Source: a virus
Taxonomy: Duplodnaviria > Caudoviricetes
Strand: one strand, 5' to 3'
Length of the DNA stretch: 64,000 nt
IMG/VR virus record: IMGVR_UViG_3300013947_000021
Coordinates: 32,001-96,000 of that record
Each line of letters starts with the position of its first letter. Position 1 is the first letter of the stretch. This document shows, one piece after another, positions 53,901 to 63,035 of the stretch. The notes under the pieces are model-generated. The model did not search any database. It was not told where the DNA came from and was given only the letters and a program-made list of their open reading frames with translations. Made by a program: the position numbers and the translations under genes.

Positions 53901-56779
53901 AGCTGATTAAGTTTCTCTTCAGCACTTCCCTTAATATTTCCTTTAGCATTAAGAGCAATAGCATTAGCAATCCTATTTCTATCTCTCTTTTCAGCCTTTT
54001 CCATTTTACGCTGCTTATTTTTATCAAATGTAGCAGGTATAATAATCTCACCAGGAGATATCATGGTAAGGCCACGCTTAGTAGCTATTCTACCATAAGC
54101 AGAAGTCTTAATTCCACTATCAGCTTCAAAATCATCTGCAGAAGATACTCCACCATCTTCCATATTATCAGCCTGTCTAGAAAACTTAGACTTAATATCA
54201 GACCAGACATTAGAAGCAGTATTCTTTACACCTTTCCAACCTTTAGAGAGAATATCTTTTACATTGTCTATAACAGGCTTTATATATTTATCAATAATGG
54301 GTTTAACTTTGTTCTTTAAAGTATCAAGTATTTTATTAGTGACTTCATTAAAACTCTTTTCCATTCTGAAAGCCATATAATCAAAAACAGAATCGAGTTT
54401 TTCGCCCTTATCATTATAATACTCTTTATCTCCAAACAGGAACTTATAAATAGTATTATTTGCTTTATTGATAAATTTAGTTGCAGCATTAAGTGGAGCA
54501 CCGACTATTTTTGCAACATTATCAAATTTATTTCCGAATTTTTCTTTAATAAAACGGCCTACTCTAGTATCATAAAAACTATTTTCACTACTATTAGTAT
54601 CATCATTTTCAGCATCTCTATATCTCTTAATACTTTCCCAATCTAGATCCCCATCTGAGTCTGGGTCAGAGTCTCCTCCATCAGAATCAGAACTCTCTGA
54701 AGAATTAGATGAAGAACCAGAAGATGATCCTCCAGAAGGAGTAGGATTAACAGGCTTGTATCCTCTTCTTCCTTTGTGCCCACCTTTTCTATTATTACTA
54801 ATTACATTAAAAATATCTCTAAGATAATCAAAGACATTTTTACCATAACTATCTCTATTAGCATTAAGGAATCCGATAGAATTATTAGATGATTTCATTA
54901 TTTCAGGAGATTTATAATCATTAGATGGAATATATTCGCCTTTATTATTAAGAACTCCTAATTTTTTCATGCGCTCAAAATATTTTTTATCTTTTTTAGC
55001 TCGATTTTCAATGTTTCGTACAGCACCAGTACTAATATCATCCTCATCTTCAGATCCAAATGTATTATTAAAAAGAATAGAATACAAACCAGGCTCATTA
55101 GCTATATCTTTAAACCGTCTATTTACATCTGATCTTGCATTCATATTACTTGCTGCAATATTACGAATAGTATCTCTACTAAGAGAATTTTTTACCAATC
55201 TAAATTCTTCAGGAGATGAAAAACCATAATACTTCCAACCCTTATCAATAGATGATTCAAATCTACCATTATCTTTATAAATAGTATTAATCATATTATC
55301 TATTTTCTTCTCTAAAGATCTCTTCTGAAAAGCATTAAATGTTGTATTTTCATCACCGAATAATTTTTCAGCATCTCTTCTTATATCATAATTTGCATTA
55401 GTGATATAATCTCTTTCTTCTTTGCGATATCTCTTTTCTATAGAAGAAGCATATAACCATTTTCCTCTATCGGAATCAAAATATCTTTCAGATCTTCCTG
55501 TAAGAGCAGATTCAATTCTAGCAAGATATCCTGGTATTACTTCATTTATAGTTTTACGAGTAATTCCATCAAATGGAACAGGACCTTTTTCATATCTAGA
55601 AGTATCGATTCTAGCTTTACTATCTGAAGTAAATCCAAGTACTTTAGATATAAAATTAAATAATTTATTATCTGAATTTCTGTCAAACTTACTTAGCATA
55701 TTAGGAAAAAGTGATGCAATAGTAGAATTAAGATCTTTAAGACTCTTACCAAAAGCACTATTTTCCATCTTACTACCTATAAGCAAACCTAAAAGACCAG
55801 ATATTGGACTACCAGACGCCATCTTTATGAAGTCAGCAGGTTTGGTTGCACCAGTAAGAGCACCAGCCATTCCTAATACACTACCGACCATATTATCGCC
55901 CTTTATTTTTTGAATATTTTTCTTGATTAATTTAAAATATTCTCCAGGATCCATTATTCCATTATAGTCCATAATAGAAGATATGTCATCAGAATAGCTG
56001 TTATATTTACTATTCTTAGGCCTATATATAGATTTCTGAATATCAGTCATCTCTTCTATAGAAGAGCTCATTTTACGAAGCATTTCTATAGTAGTATCCT
56101 GATATTTTTTAGTATTTTCAAGATGAGCAAGAATATTAGTATTTAAGAATTTATTGGTAGTTTTGACCTCATTATATATCGTACCAATACCACTAAGTAT
56201 TCTTGTATTATTTGCAGCCATCTGATTCAAAACAAGGCCTGTATTTACTTTGTTATGCTTAGCAATAAATTCACCAGCAGCAGTAGTAGCCATACTCTGC
56301 TGATATCCAGTATTAATTATACTTTTAATAGTACTAGTATTAAAATCATCATTACTATTAGAAGAAGATGATTCACTATCGCTATTATTAGAAGATGAAC
56401 TAAAAGAATCTGAGAATGAAAAATCATTATCATTGAAAGAGAAATTAAAATCCATTTCATCTCCGAATATATTAGAATCCATTTCTTCTTTTCGATCTTT
56501 GTTATAAATATTACCAGTTTTCAAATCTGAGAGTGCATTTTTAAAGAGCTGATTAGTATTCTTATACAGATCTGAATTTTTAACAATACTAGTAAGAGAT
56601 CTTTTTGTTTCAGATTCTCTTTTCTTAGCAAATGTCTTGTAAATAGTTTTACATCCATTGTCTAATTTTTCGATATATGTTTTAATAGCATCAGCATTAC
56701 TGCCCAAGCTATCAATAGCTATATATCCAACAGACTTTCCTAAATTTCTTACATAGGAGCTTGCACTAATACTTGGCAT
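47972..56779 (-). CDS. Giant tail protein (tape-measure-like) with C39-like peptidase and phage tail lysozyme domains
   Basis: 2935 aa; Gly-zipper hydrophobic repeats; QHDP...GESGCAPVAV...PHFITATGYD...EDP (C39-like); IWNYLRSKGFSKAGAAGIMGNFRMES...GYGLPQFT (phage tail lysozyme). Confidence 0.85.
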   Translation of the reverse strand: MPSISASSYVRNLGKSVGYIAIDSLGSNADAIKTYIEKLDNGCKTIYKTFAKKRESETKRSLTSIVKNSDLYKNTNQLFKNALSDLKTGNIYNKDRKEEMDSNIFGDEMDFNFSFNDNDFSFSDSFSSSSNNSDSESSSSNSNDDFNTSTIKSIINTGYQQSMATTAAGEFIAKHNKVNTGLVLNQMAANNTRILSGIGTIYNEVKTTNKFLNTNILAHLENTKKYQDTTIEMLRKMSSSIEEMTDIQKSIYRPKNSKYNSYSDDISSIMDYNGIMDPGEYFKLIKKNIQKIKGDNMVGSVLGMAGALTGATKPADFIKMASGSPISGLLGLLIGSKMENSAFGKSLKDLNSTIASLFPNMLSKFDRNSDNKLFNFISKVLGFTSDSKARIDTSRYEKGPVPFDGITRKTINEVIPGYLARIESALTGRSERYFDSDRGKWLYASSIEKRYRKEERDYITNANYDIRRDAEKLFGDENTTFNAFQKRSLEKKIDNMINTIYKDNGRFESSIDKGWKYYGFSSPEEFRLVKNSLSRDTIRNIAASNMNARSDVNRRFKDIANEPGLYSILFNNTFGSEDEDDISTGAVRNIENRAKKDKKYFERMKKLGVLNNKGEYIPSNDYKSPEIMKSSNNSIGFLNANRDSYGKNVFDYLRDIFNVISNNRKGGHKGRRGYKPVNPTPSGGSSSGSSSNSSESSDSDGGDSDPDSDGDLDWESIKRYRDAENDDTNSSENSFYDTRVGRFIKEKFGNKFDNVAKIVGAPLNAATKFINKANNTIYKFLFGDKEYYNDKGEKLDSVFDYMAFRMEKSFNEVTNKILDTLKNKVKPIIDKYIKPVIDNVKDILSKGWKGVKNTASNVWSDIKSKFSRQADNMEDGGVSSADDFEADSGIKTSAYGRIATKRGLTMISPGEIIIPATFDKNKQRKMEKAEKRDRNRIANAIALNAKGNIKGSAEEKLNQLKGFFSNILGDSYDHTSKVLAGGIVGGGAGLLVGNPLLGAVAGAGLSIINSSETAKKFLLGDMITNEDGTKERSGGIIPKRIIDVYTKAAPDMSKFSLVGGVAGLLTGFGPLGGAAVGAGISLLKNNETVQNILFGENGLFEKEGVEKFKKFAKKAAPHALIGAGIGALAGPFGILGNSIIGSGLGLLTATDTFHKVMFGDPDNPEKNSVMKALNKTILIPGKEKILSMLDEFKDYAKENMLKPLKNFWNPFKQGIKNVIHDIGYSVADSINDAFSKFIGLPAMDFFQEKIFKPLGKAIGAVAKSPINLAKGIISAPFKMLGSIGNRMRMHQIEKGKAYDMSAAERLVFRKQYSDNKLFNRFIYGNKKKGTNGLVGLLRYFNKDSGLANTLEKNRYSESGSLLNTILGRDNAFEQDNVLAGLDDNALNMLLSNTSAMLNSDSDIGNQMKSIRSGMQNRLSDLFNKRDANGKTLYDKLGYKTLNKFTKQALSGEYNNIDELSEYIDSKFGLDKFGEDDRNSIKNSILNTLRNGLSDSENDVNTLYRLRLTLGGSRRDQKEIEDKLSQALGRKISGKSGIRSVREAIQAELKARGKNVESITSKEEPKTPEEKTQQTVENISSKIDNFNNSMLNAIKEVIYTMNPKARPKSESTTNNASETAKNVADGGSKVINTIQKANEKSLNDRSDEDKEKFYDQDTGNVVSSDTSSREYKENKEQHTEIKEKKDKENKENSQNFNDLIDSLIGKRKERKKSRSGIAGILGRIVGFKEKVSSPLGTVAKIGKKIVGGALLVSLFGYASEFVKTSIWPKIQTFLFGKQNEDGVRSGGLLGGLKNIFVGKDGKSGILGSVFNWFGEKFNAVKNWYLNNGGLSGLLAGALEKIIIGHGYAIQNLVAPAVSLIIQSLPGILWGTVKGIVKGLTAVITKRKPANDNVTFTDYDTNVTKYLNAANKNNSNLKSALTQSTSTEPGVKKTSNNYSNVIKAFDSSKSTNYKTTSTFNINGGNTSSSNAKLKSIVDDIDVTGIENPVFNITTGKAMEANDFDGSTNRRNIIGGTYSTNQIVTDENGNILNDYTQYHSNDGILSKGIKTGTRFGLQVLAGMNKGTTVKAVKLAGKVGKTVFDATKLGKATNLVGKAGKAIGTGIANTKTGKAVGRFATNTIKNIAESTGVNTAKKSFGSLFRKLFENIFNSKIGKILLSGVTKGAGTKALQEALIKSGEKLAKHAGTKLIGKSALKLANVLSNATPLGIALGVVDFLWGMTNAETIMGVAKGGYNISFGIRVICGLTNFLTNRFLLGLIPASTIMDIFIDGILPAFGMDLTELKDARSNYNQVLNAWNKEHPEETYDNLEDFNKRKKAPWYKRVGNWFGNIFGVKDKEVEAVINKSNGNSRTTSSGTSSALGIGSARTTNAGKARGHIYQHDPAIKNMRYGNSTLGESGCAPVAVTNALRRLTGRGDLNHAMSYAEANGMVSKNGTSMNYFNSYLADNGISTTNTNSASDALQAIKQGKQVIMFGKDNSNNGMPFGTTPHFITATGYDRNGNVIVEDPDLPSGSTKYNKSKIANSMKSSVIINGRKNIGKGTESADSSSAEDTSTTNKLFSQIGNLGTNIMKKMYGGLYDAMYGDGDDTSSSSDSTANTSSNSSGKISLVSNKKSNTITSMDVKGNSNAEKIWNYLRSKGFSKAGAAGIMGNFRMESAYKPYAVEATELKKLGYTGGNSDTLMRKFTDDLQNGKISKDTFVNTYFGYGLPQFTYNTWKEQLYDATVGQGKKIDSIPNQLDYLTGSWNKYCGGLVNRLKNAKDPGEAAIDVLHSYEMPNWKSVKQYLYDNERKAYAKEAYNAFAVGSGRAQRSIDQNRMYADDNRNIIGSGSANTTSNANTSISYDSFLNTIVSILLKISDNTALLNKVLEILSKNFGIDIDESDIDAASRKTKLQTKAALNELVKRNSGNTVNISKLLNNQSNEYIISAMSELARE

Positions 56780-56838
56780 AGTGTATCTTCCTCCTTTACC
56801 TAATCAAATTTTTATTATTATGTTTCGAATGCAAAAAG

Positions 56839-56870
56839 AATCATGGTAGAGTATATACTCTACCATGATT
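56839..56870 (-). terminator. Perfect 32-bp palindrome terminator
   Basis: AATCATGGTAGAGTAT|ATACTCTACCATGATT followed by CTTTTT on the minus strand. Confidence 0.75.
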
Positions 56871-56881
56871 TATTTTATATA

Positions 56882-57874
56882 TTATACCGGAATTTTAAGT
56901 TTATCACCAGGATGCAGTGTACTTGTACTGCTCTTATTGTTATAAGCAGCTAATTCAGAATACCTATACCCAGATCCCATTGTTTTGGCAGCTATAGACC
57001 ACCAACTATCTCCAGCTACAACAGTATAAAGGGTTTCTTTCATAGGAATCTTAATCTGCATGCCAGGATAAAGCTTAGCATTTGCAGAACTCATTCCATT
57101 AAATGCAAGAAGTTCTTTATATCTATTTCCATCACCGAGATTTACAGCAGCAATCTTCCACCAACTATCTCCAGACTTTACAGTATAAAGAATATAAGAT
57201 TTATCAGCAGCAAGATTATTACTCTTATCAGCAATAGCATTCTTAAGATAAAAAGCGACTACATTATCCACCTGTCTATTTTCAGTAGGATTACCAAATA
57301 CCTTACCCTTAATAAGAACTCTAGCACTTCCTCCACCATCAAGATTAACAGCAAACTTAGCACCAATATTATCAAGGAGTTCAGATAACTGAGCGAATCT
57401 CAGACCAGGTTTTCCTACATGAACTATAAATACTGTAGTATCATTATATCCAATACAAGAACGTACAGCACAATAATCTATTTCTTTAGCATAGTCAAAT
57501 TTAGTAATAGGACCAGTTCCATTAAGAAGAACAGGATAAGCAGAAAGAAAGTCCTTCCATCTAGTTCCATCGTTAAGATTACCAAATTTAAGTTCATTTA
57601 TAGCATCATAAGAAACACCAATACCGATTCTATAATTAGTATTATTAGATCTTACAATACCTTCATCAATAGTATTAAATACCGGATTTCCATTTGCCAT
57701 AGAGAAGAATCCACCATTGATAAGAATATCAGGTTTCTTCTGCTGTCTATTATAAAAAGAGCCTAAGGTTTCCCTAGGCTCTTTACATGCAGTAAAATCA
57801 ACATATGATATCTCGTCTCTAGGAACTTCTATTACATTGACAAACTTATAAGCGGAATGTACATATGTTTTCAT
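56882..57874 (-). CDS. Putative lysin: phosphodiester glycosidase (NAGPA-like) domain plus two LysM domains
   Basis: INGGFF...RSCIGY...AVNLDGGGS...RQVDN, then YTVKSGDSWWKIA and YTVVAGDSWWSIA LysM repeats; directly after the holin. Confidence 0.85.
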   Translation of the reverse strand: MKTYVHSAYKFVNVIEVPRDEISYVDFTACKEPRETLGSFYNRQQKKPDILINGGFFSMANGNPVFNTIDEGIVRSNNTNYRIGIGVSYDAINELKFGNLNDGTRWKDFLSAYPVLLNGTGPITKFDYAKEIDYCAVRSCIGYNDTTVFIVHVGKPGLRFAQLSELLDNIGAKFAVNLDGGGSARVLIKGKVFGNPTENRQVDNVVAFYLKNAIADKSNNLAADKSYILYTVKSGDSWWKIAAVNLGDGNRYKELLAFNGMSSANAKLYPGMQIKIPMKETLYTVVAGDSWWSIAAKTMGSGYRYSELAAYNNKSSTSTLHPGDKLKIPV

Positions 57875-57876
57875 TC

Positions 57877-58236
57877 TTAAGCATCTCCATTAGTATCATT
57901 ATTAGAATTATCACTATAAGTAGTGGTATCATCTTCAGGCTCAAAAAGTTCAAGCTTAAATTTCTTAATCTGCTTATAGATCTGATTACAACCAGTAGCA
58001 GCTAGACCAGAGAACGCACCATTACCTATAGCTCCAATAGCATTATCTGCATACTGAACAATTCCCTGAGGATAAAATTTATAGATCAGGAAGCCCATTA
58101 CACCACCGAGAATTGCACAAATAATAGGAAGCCAATTTTTATAAGCAGTTTTCTTTGCAAAAACTCTCTTATATATCTCGGCGATTATGTAGATTACTAT
58201 TATGATAAATGGTGAAAGATATCCTACATCTACCAT
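57877..58236 (-). CDS. Holin (A118-like family)
   Basis: Two to three hydrophobic segments; WLPIICAILGGVMG...GAFSGLAATGCNQIYKQ; late promoter at 58266-58277. Confidence 0.8.
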   Translation of the reverse strand: MVDVGYLSPFIIIVIYIIAEIYKRVFAKKTAYKNWLPIICAILGGVMGFLIYKFYPQGIVQYADNAIGAIGNGAFSGLAATGCNQIYKQIKKFKLELFEPEDDTTTYSDNSNNDTNGDA

Positions 58237-58333
58237 AACCAAATCCCTCCTTTCTTAAATGTATTTAATTATATGTTTTTAGATAGAAAAAGTATTGAAG
58301 GACGCTATTTAACGTCCTTCAATATTGTTTTGA

Positions 58334-61300
58334 TTAGCACATATCTTCAAGTTTGGTATCAGCATCAATACCCATAATATTTTTAACAGCTCTATCAAGT
58401 TCTATCATGCATTTATTAATTGCTCCAGATACCCAAACAGATGTAACCATTCGAGCATTAAATGACCTAGCAGCAAATAATGCATGAATAGATTCTTCTG
58501 GACGGAATTCGGAGAAAGGTTCATATCCCTTAGGGAATATATTTTTGATAACTCCCTTATTTGCAGACTGAGCAACCACCTTATCTCCAACAGAGAGTTT
58601 ATCATTATACTTAATATAGAATACTATCTTAACTCCATCAGGATTATTCTTCATCTTTCCAGTAGCTTCCATCTTATAATCAGGATCAAGAAGATTTGCT
58701 CCAGGAGCTTTAAATTTCTCATAGAGTTTCTTCTGTGCTTTAATCTTATCCTCGTATTCAGTTACAATTTTCTTAAGAGAATCAGACATTTCTTCTATAT
58801 CACAAGTACGATATATTTTAATATCCTGAATAACTCCGGTATATTTACTCTTAACTCTAACTCTACCAAGATCAGATACAAAGCTCGGGTCAGTAATATT
58901 CTTAAGAAGCATATTTGCATCTTTCTCATCAAAAGAATTCTGCATAGTAATAAGAGGATCACCCTCCTGTACAGCATCGCCAATCTTTACAAGCTGATAA
59001 ATATTAGCATTCTTAGATACATCGGTTTCCTTTTCTACAACTACATCAGTAGCCATAGCTTCAGAAAGCCAAGTTGAAACAGAAGTTGAATCCTCAAATC
59101 CTTCATCAGTATTCATTATTGCAACTTTAGCAAGTACTCCTACATTATATGCAAGATTATCATCTTCACCAACTTTATCAGAGAATGAAGATCTATCATA
59201 TGCAATAATATCACCCTTCTTAAATATATCTCCAATTTTAAGATCAGTATCAAGTTTAAGAGTAATAAAGAATCCACCATCAGAGTTTTTCTTTACTTCA
59301 TTCTTAAGATCAATACATTCATTAAGATAAGATTTATTATCGTCAGTAATAACGGCTTTATCATATGCTACTACCATATAATCCTTAGTCAATTCAATAA
59401 CTTTGCCATTCTCTTTAGCCTTATAAGCAAATGTATCGGAAGATATGTAAGGCATAGCTTCATCTGCACCATTAGTAACAAGAAGAGGCATAGACTTACC
59501 AACTCTCATAGAATGCTTAGAAGTCTGAATAAATGTCATTGCAGAACGGAATGGGTCATCATGAGTAGTACCAAAAGGAGTAACTGCTTCAGTCATACTA
59601 AGAGATTTAGTAACAGATTTATCATCATTCTTAGAATCTTTAATATAACCACGCTTACCAGTGATATCCATATCAATAGTAGTCTGACGATTAATACCGA
59701 CATTTGCAGCAAAGCCAGTAGAAAGAGCAAGCTTATTATTCATAGAATCATCATAAGTACGTTTATCAAGAGAATAAGATCTACTATCATTCATACCAGA
59801 CAATCCTTTAAAAGATACTTCATTTGCAGCTTCAATTTCAAGAAGAGGGTTAAGTATAGAAAGATCAGAAGTCATTGGATCTTCAAATATCCAATCAATA
59901 ACTGCACTTCTTTTCATACTAATTCCAACTTTTCTACCACGTTTAACCTGAGCTTTATATTCTACATAAGCTCTAGAAATAGCTTTATAGAAGTAACCAG
60001 CAATAAGCTCATTAGTTCTATATCTATTACCGGATATATCAGTATGTCTATTATACTTATTATTAGAAAGCAGACTATTAGCATATAAGAGCATCCCTGC
60101 ATAATCGGAAGGAATACCAACATGCTTACAAACTTCTTTAGTTATAGGATCAAGGAAAAGATCAGCAAAGTTATCAAGACCATCAGAAAGTATACGTCCA
60201 CCAAAACTATCAAGAAAATCTAGCCATGTAGATCTGTTAGACATATCTTTCAAATTATACATTTCAGTATTACATGCATTTAATCCATTAAATAACATAG
60301 CTGCAGGATATGTGGTTTGATAATACAAAGTTGTATCTGCAAATTTAATTCTAGATGGATTACTAAACTTTTTATCATCCTCGTCTAGATCAATCTTCAT
60401 TCTATGAGCAATAACATCCAAACTACCAAGTGTATATCCAAGTATTACTATAAGTGGTATTTTATTTGAAAGAATACTAGCTTCAGAATAATTTAATGTA
60501 TTAGATACCTTTGTAACAGATAAAATTTCTCTAAATTTATCACTAGCATTTGATATTTCATTAGAGATAATATCAGATAATAGCATAGGAGCATTATTCA
60601 TTAAAATATTACCATCATCATCCATTTTTACGTAATAAACTTCACCAGTATTTCTATTTACACAATAAGGAATTCCAAGAGAAGAATCAGCTTTATATTT
60701 AGAATAGTATTCATCCTGATTAAAATAATAAATTTTATCAGAAGTTTCTATTCTTGTAATTTGACTACATATATCTATATAATCAACAGGAAGTTCATAC
60801 TTAGAGCAGATAGTTGTATTGTCTCCAACTATTACTTTAATATTCTTATCCTGATTTCCAAGTTTTTTAATTGCTTTAAGAAATCTATCAGATGATGGAT
60901 ATGATTTAGAAAGTGCGCCTTTACGTCTAATAAATATCTTGTTATAGTTTGATACGCACTGCACGGTATCTTCATCAGTCTTAATACAAGGAAGAAGAAG
61001 TAACTGACCAGACATAATCTTTTCATTACCCCTAAGTCTCATAAATCTATTATTCTTAAATTTAGGAATATCAAATGTAAGAGTAGATCTCTTACCAAAT
61101 CCATCTTCAGTCTCCACTCTATATGTATAAATATAATCCATATTTGTAGAAGTATCTTCAACCTCAATATTAATTATATCTATAGGATAGCTCATGTCAT
61201 GTAAGGACTTAAGAATATTGAGTATATCGAAATTTATATCATACTTCTTTTGGAAATTAATAAATTTAACATCTTTCCACTCATCATTAATGGAATTAAT

Positions 61301-62173
61301 TTTCATAGAAGTCGATTCAATTTCATCATCTTTATCATTAGAAATAATTTCTTCTATAGTTTTTCCATGAACTTCTTTCTTAAGAAGCTCTTTACTAAGA
61401 GTATTCATTCTATTTTGACGAGTAGCATTGAACTTGGGTTTACCATCATCTTCAGCATCAAGATCCATTAAAGCAGCTTTAAAATTATCATCATTTTCAA
61501 TATTTTCATAAGCTTCTTCTTCATTATCAGAATCTTCTACATTATTGACAATATTAGTAACTAATTCATCTTCTTTTTTATTCTTAGCTTCAGTTTTTTC
61601 GATATCAATATTCTTTTCTACTTTTACATCTTTTACAGGAGATTTATCATCTTCTGTAGATTTTCTCAATATTACAGGCTGTTGAGATGCTACCATATTA
61701 ATATTAGGCTTAGCACTCTCATTATTTTTTATTAAAGTAATTATAAGATTTTTAAACTGGTTATATTCAGTAGACTTATATTTATCTGTATAAACAGGGA
61801 GGGTTTCTTTAATTTCATTATAAAAAATAAAAACAGTGTTGGGAAATCTATTGCGAAAATCTACACTAGAGATTTTCATATATCGTATGATAGCACCGAC
61901 ATATCCTCTATCACCTTCAATATTATTAGAATCTAAATGTTTTATAGGGATATAAATAATTCTATTTCCAAATTCTTTTTCAGTATCCTGAAGTATTTTC
62001 TGTATAAATCTAATAAATGCTTCATCGGATTTAAATTTATTTGAGGAAATATCTACTATAGTATTTTTATTATCATTTGCTTTAAAATTATTTATAATTT
62101 CAATATTATTCTTTTTTAAAGTGTTTTTATCATTATCTGTAAGAACAGATTCATAAAGATAATTATTATTCAT
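58334..62173 (-). CDS. Phage RNA polymerase beta-like subunit, single polypeptide (likely virion RNAP)
   Basis: DIPKF...LRGNEK, STGFAANVGINRQ, HDDPFRSAM...QTSKH, GFEDS, VGDKV...NKGVI and RMVTS motifs; about 290-aa N-terminal extension; late-type AACT-N6-TA promoter at 62200-62211. Confidence 0.93.
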   Translation of the reverse strand: MNNNYLYESVLTDNDKNTLKKNNIEIINNFKANDNKNTIVDISSNKFKSDEAFIRFIQKILQDTEKEFGNRIIYIPIKHLDSNNIEGDRGYVGAIIRYMKISSVDFRNRFPNTVFIFYNEIKETLPVYTDKYKSTEYNQFKNLIITLIKNNESAKPNINMVASQQPVILRKSTEDDKSPVKDVKVEKNIDIEKTEAKNKKEDELVTNIVNNVEDSDNEEEAYENIENDDNFKAALMDLDAEDDGKPKFNATRQNRMNTLSKELLKKEVHGKTIEEIISNDKDDEIESTSMKINSINDEWKDVKFINFQKKYDINFDILNILKSLHDMSYPIDIINIEVEDTSTNMDYIYTYRVETEDGFGKRSTLTFDIPKFKNNRFMRLRGNEKIMSGQLLLLPCIKTDEDTVQCVSNYNKIFIRRKGALSKSYPSSDRFLKAIKKLGNQDKNIKVIVGDNTTICSKYELPVDYIDICSQITRIETSDKIYYFNQDEYYSKYKADSSLGIPYCVNRNTGEVYYVKMDDDGNILMNNAPMLLSDIISNEISNASDKFREILSVTKVSNTLNYSEASILSNKIPLIVILGYTLGSLDVIAHRMKIDLDEDDKKFSNPSRIKFADTTLYYQTTYPAAMLFNGLNACNTEMYNLKDMSNRSTWLDFLDSFGGRILSDGLDNFADLFLDPITKEVCKHVGIPSDYAGMLLYANSLLSNNKYNRHTDISGNRYRTNELIAGYFYKAISRAYVEYKAQVKRGRKVGISMKRSAVIDWIFEDPMTSDLSILNPLLEIEAANEVSFKGLSGMNDSRSYSLDKRTYDDSMNNKLALSTGFAANVGINRQTTIDMDITGKRGYIKDSKNDDKSVTKSLSMTEAVTPFGTTHDDPFRSAMTFIQTSKHSMRVGKSMPLLVTNGADEAMPYISSDTFAYKAKENGKVIELTKDYMVVAYDKAVITDDNKSYLNECIDLKNEVKKNSDGGFFITLKLDTDLKIGDIFKKGDIIAYDRSSFSDKVGEDDNLAYNVGVLAKVAIMNTDEGFEDSTSVSTWLSEAMATDVVVEKETDVSKNANIYQLVKIGDAVQEGDPLITMQNSFDEKDANMLLKNITDPSFVSDLGRVRVKSKYTGVIQDIKIYRTCDIEEMSDSLKKIVTEYEDKIKAQKKLYEKFKAPGANLLDPDYKMEATGKMKNNPDGVKIVFYIKYNDKLSVGDKVVAQSANKGVIKNIFPKGYEPFSEFRPEESIHALFAARSFNARMVTSVWVSGAINKCMIELDRAVKNIMGIDADTKLEDMC

Positions 62174-62258
62174 AATTTACCTCCATACAGTTTTATATTT
62201 ATTATAAAGTTAAATGAACAAAAAATAATAGGCGGAGAGTTTTCTCCGCCTATAAATT

Positions 62259-63035
62259 TTATGCAAATACTATATCATTAAAATAATTGTAATATTTATC
62301 AAATATATTATTTGTATTTTCTTTAAATCCAATAGGAGTATTGGACTTATTAATCTTATCGGTGTCAGTAATTAAATCATTACTATTCCACCTTTGATTA
62401 AGATATTTATTTTTATAATAAATATCTTTATAAAATTCAATGTCCCCAAATTCAATCCGTCCTTCTTTTGTTCTAGCTTTAGCTTCATTTATTGTAAAAT
62501 GAAAAGCATAATCGGCTAAATTTTTAAAGACAATATTTAATGGAGATTTAGTATATGGGCCATACAAATTACTTGAAGTCTGTAAAGCACATATACTTCT
62601 AAAAGTATCCTGATAGATTTCAACAAAACTACGGATAATATTTAAATCCGTTTTATCATACTCACGTATTAATTCAGTATGATTTGTTTTATCAAATACA
62701 TATCCTTTATCAGGATATAAAAATATAGCCACCGCTTTTCTTGATTTTGGTAAAACCAGCCAAAATATGTGGCCATTTCTATTTTTGTATGTACCGTATT
62801 GAGGTCTAATGAAAAATTCATAAACCTCTTCTGGATTTAAATTATGTAAATTATTATCAGAATAAAATTCCTCTAAATCGTTCCATTTAGATTTTGGTTT
62901 TCTTTCTAATCTTGCCTCCAATCTAGGAATATAAATACTAAATCCTGATTCATTATTAACATAATTTAAATCTTCAGTTCTTAATCCGAAATATTCATTT
63001 AAAAAATGAATATTTAATGTAGTATTATAAATCAT
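62259..63035 (-). CDS. Hypothetical protein carrying the head-cluster terminal motifs
   Basis: MIYNTTLNIHFLNEY N-terminus and YFNDIVFA C-terminus; AAGGAG RBS. Confidence 0.65.
   Translation of the reverse strand: MIYNTTLNIHFLNEYFGLRTEDLNYVNNESGFSIYIPRLEARLERKPKSKWNDLEEFYSDNNLHNLNPEEVYEFFIRPQYGTYKNRNGHIFWLVLPKSRKAVAIFLYPDKGYVFDKTNHTELIREYDKTDLNIIRSFVEIYQDTFRSICALQTSSNLYGPYTKSPLNIVFKNLADYAFHFTINEAKARTKEGRIEFGDIEFYKDIYYKNKYLNQRWNSNDLITDTDKINKSNTPIGFKENTNNIFDKYYNYFNDIVFA

Larger units (their letters stand above)
5930..62211. promoter_or_regulatory. Dispersed late promoter motif AACA-N6-TA (AR9 non-virion RNAP type)
   Basis: Exact intergenic copies starting at 5930-, 15684-, 15727+, 15881+, 19652+, 23806+, 28027+, 32881-, 36245-, 39626-, 39706+, 43534+, 45846-, 47923-, 56813- and 58266-; all but 15727 point into the adjacent gene. 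Variants: AACT at 27979-, 33961-, 62200- and CACA at 12735-. Confidence 0.85.
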
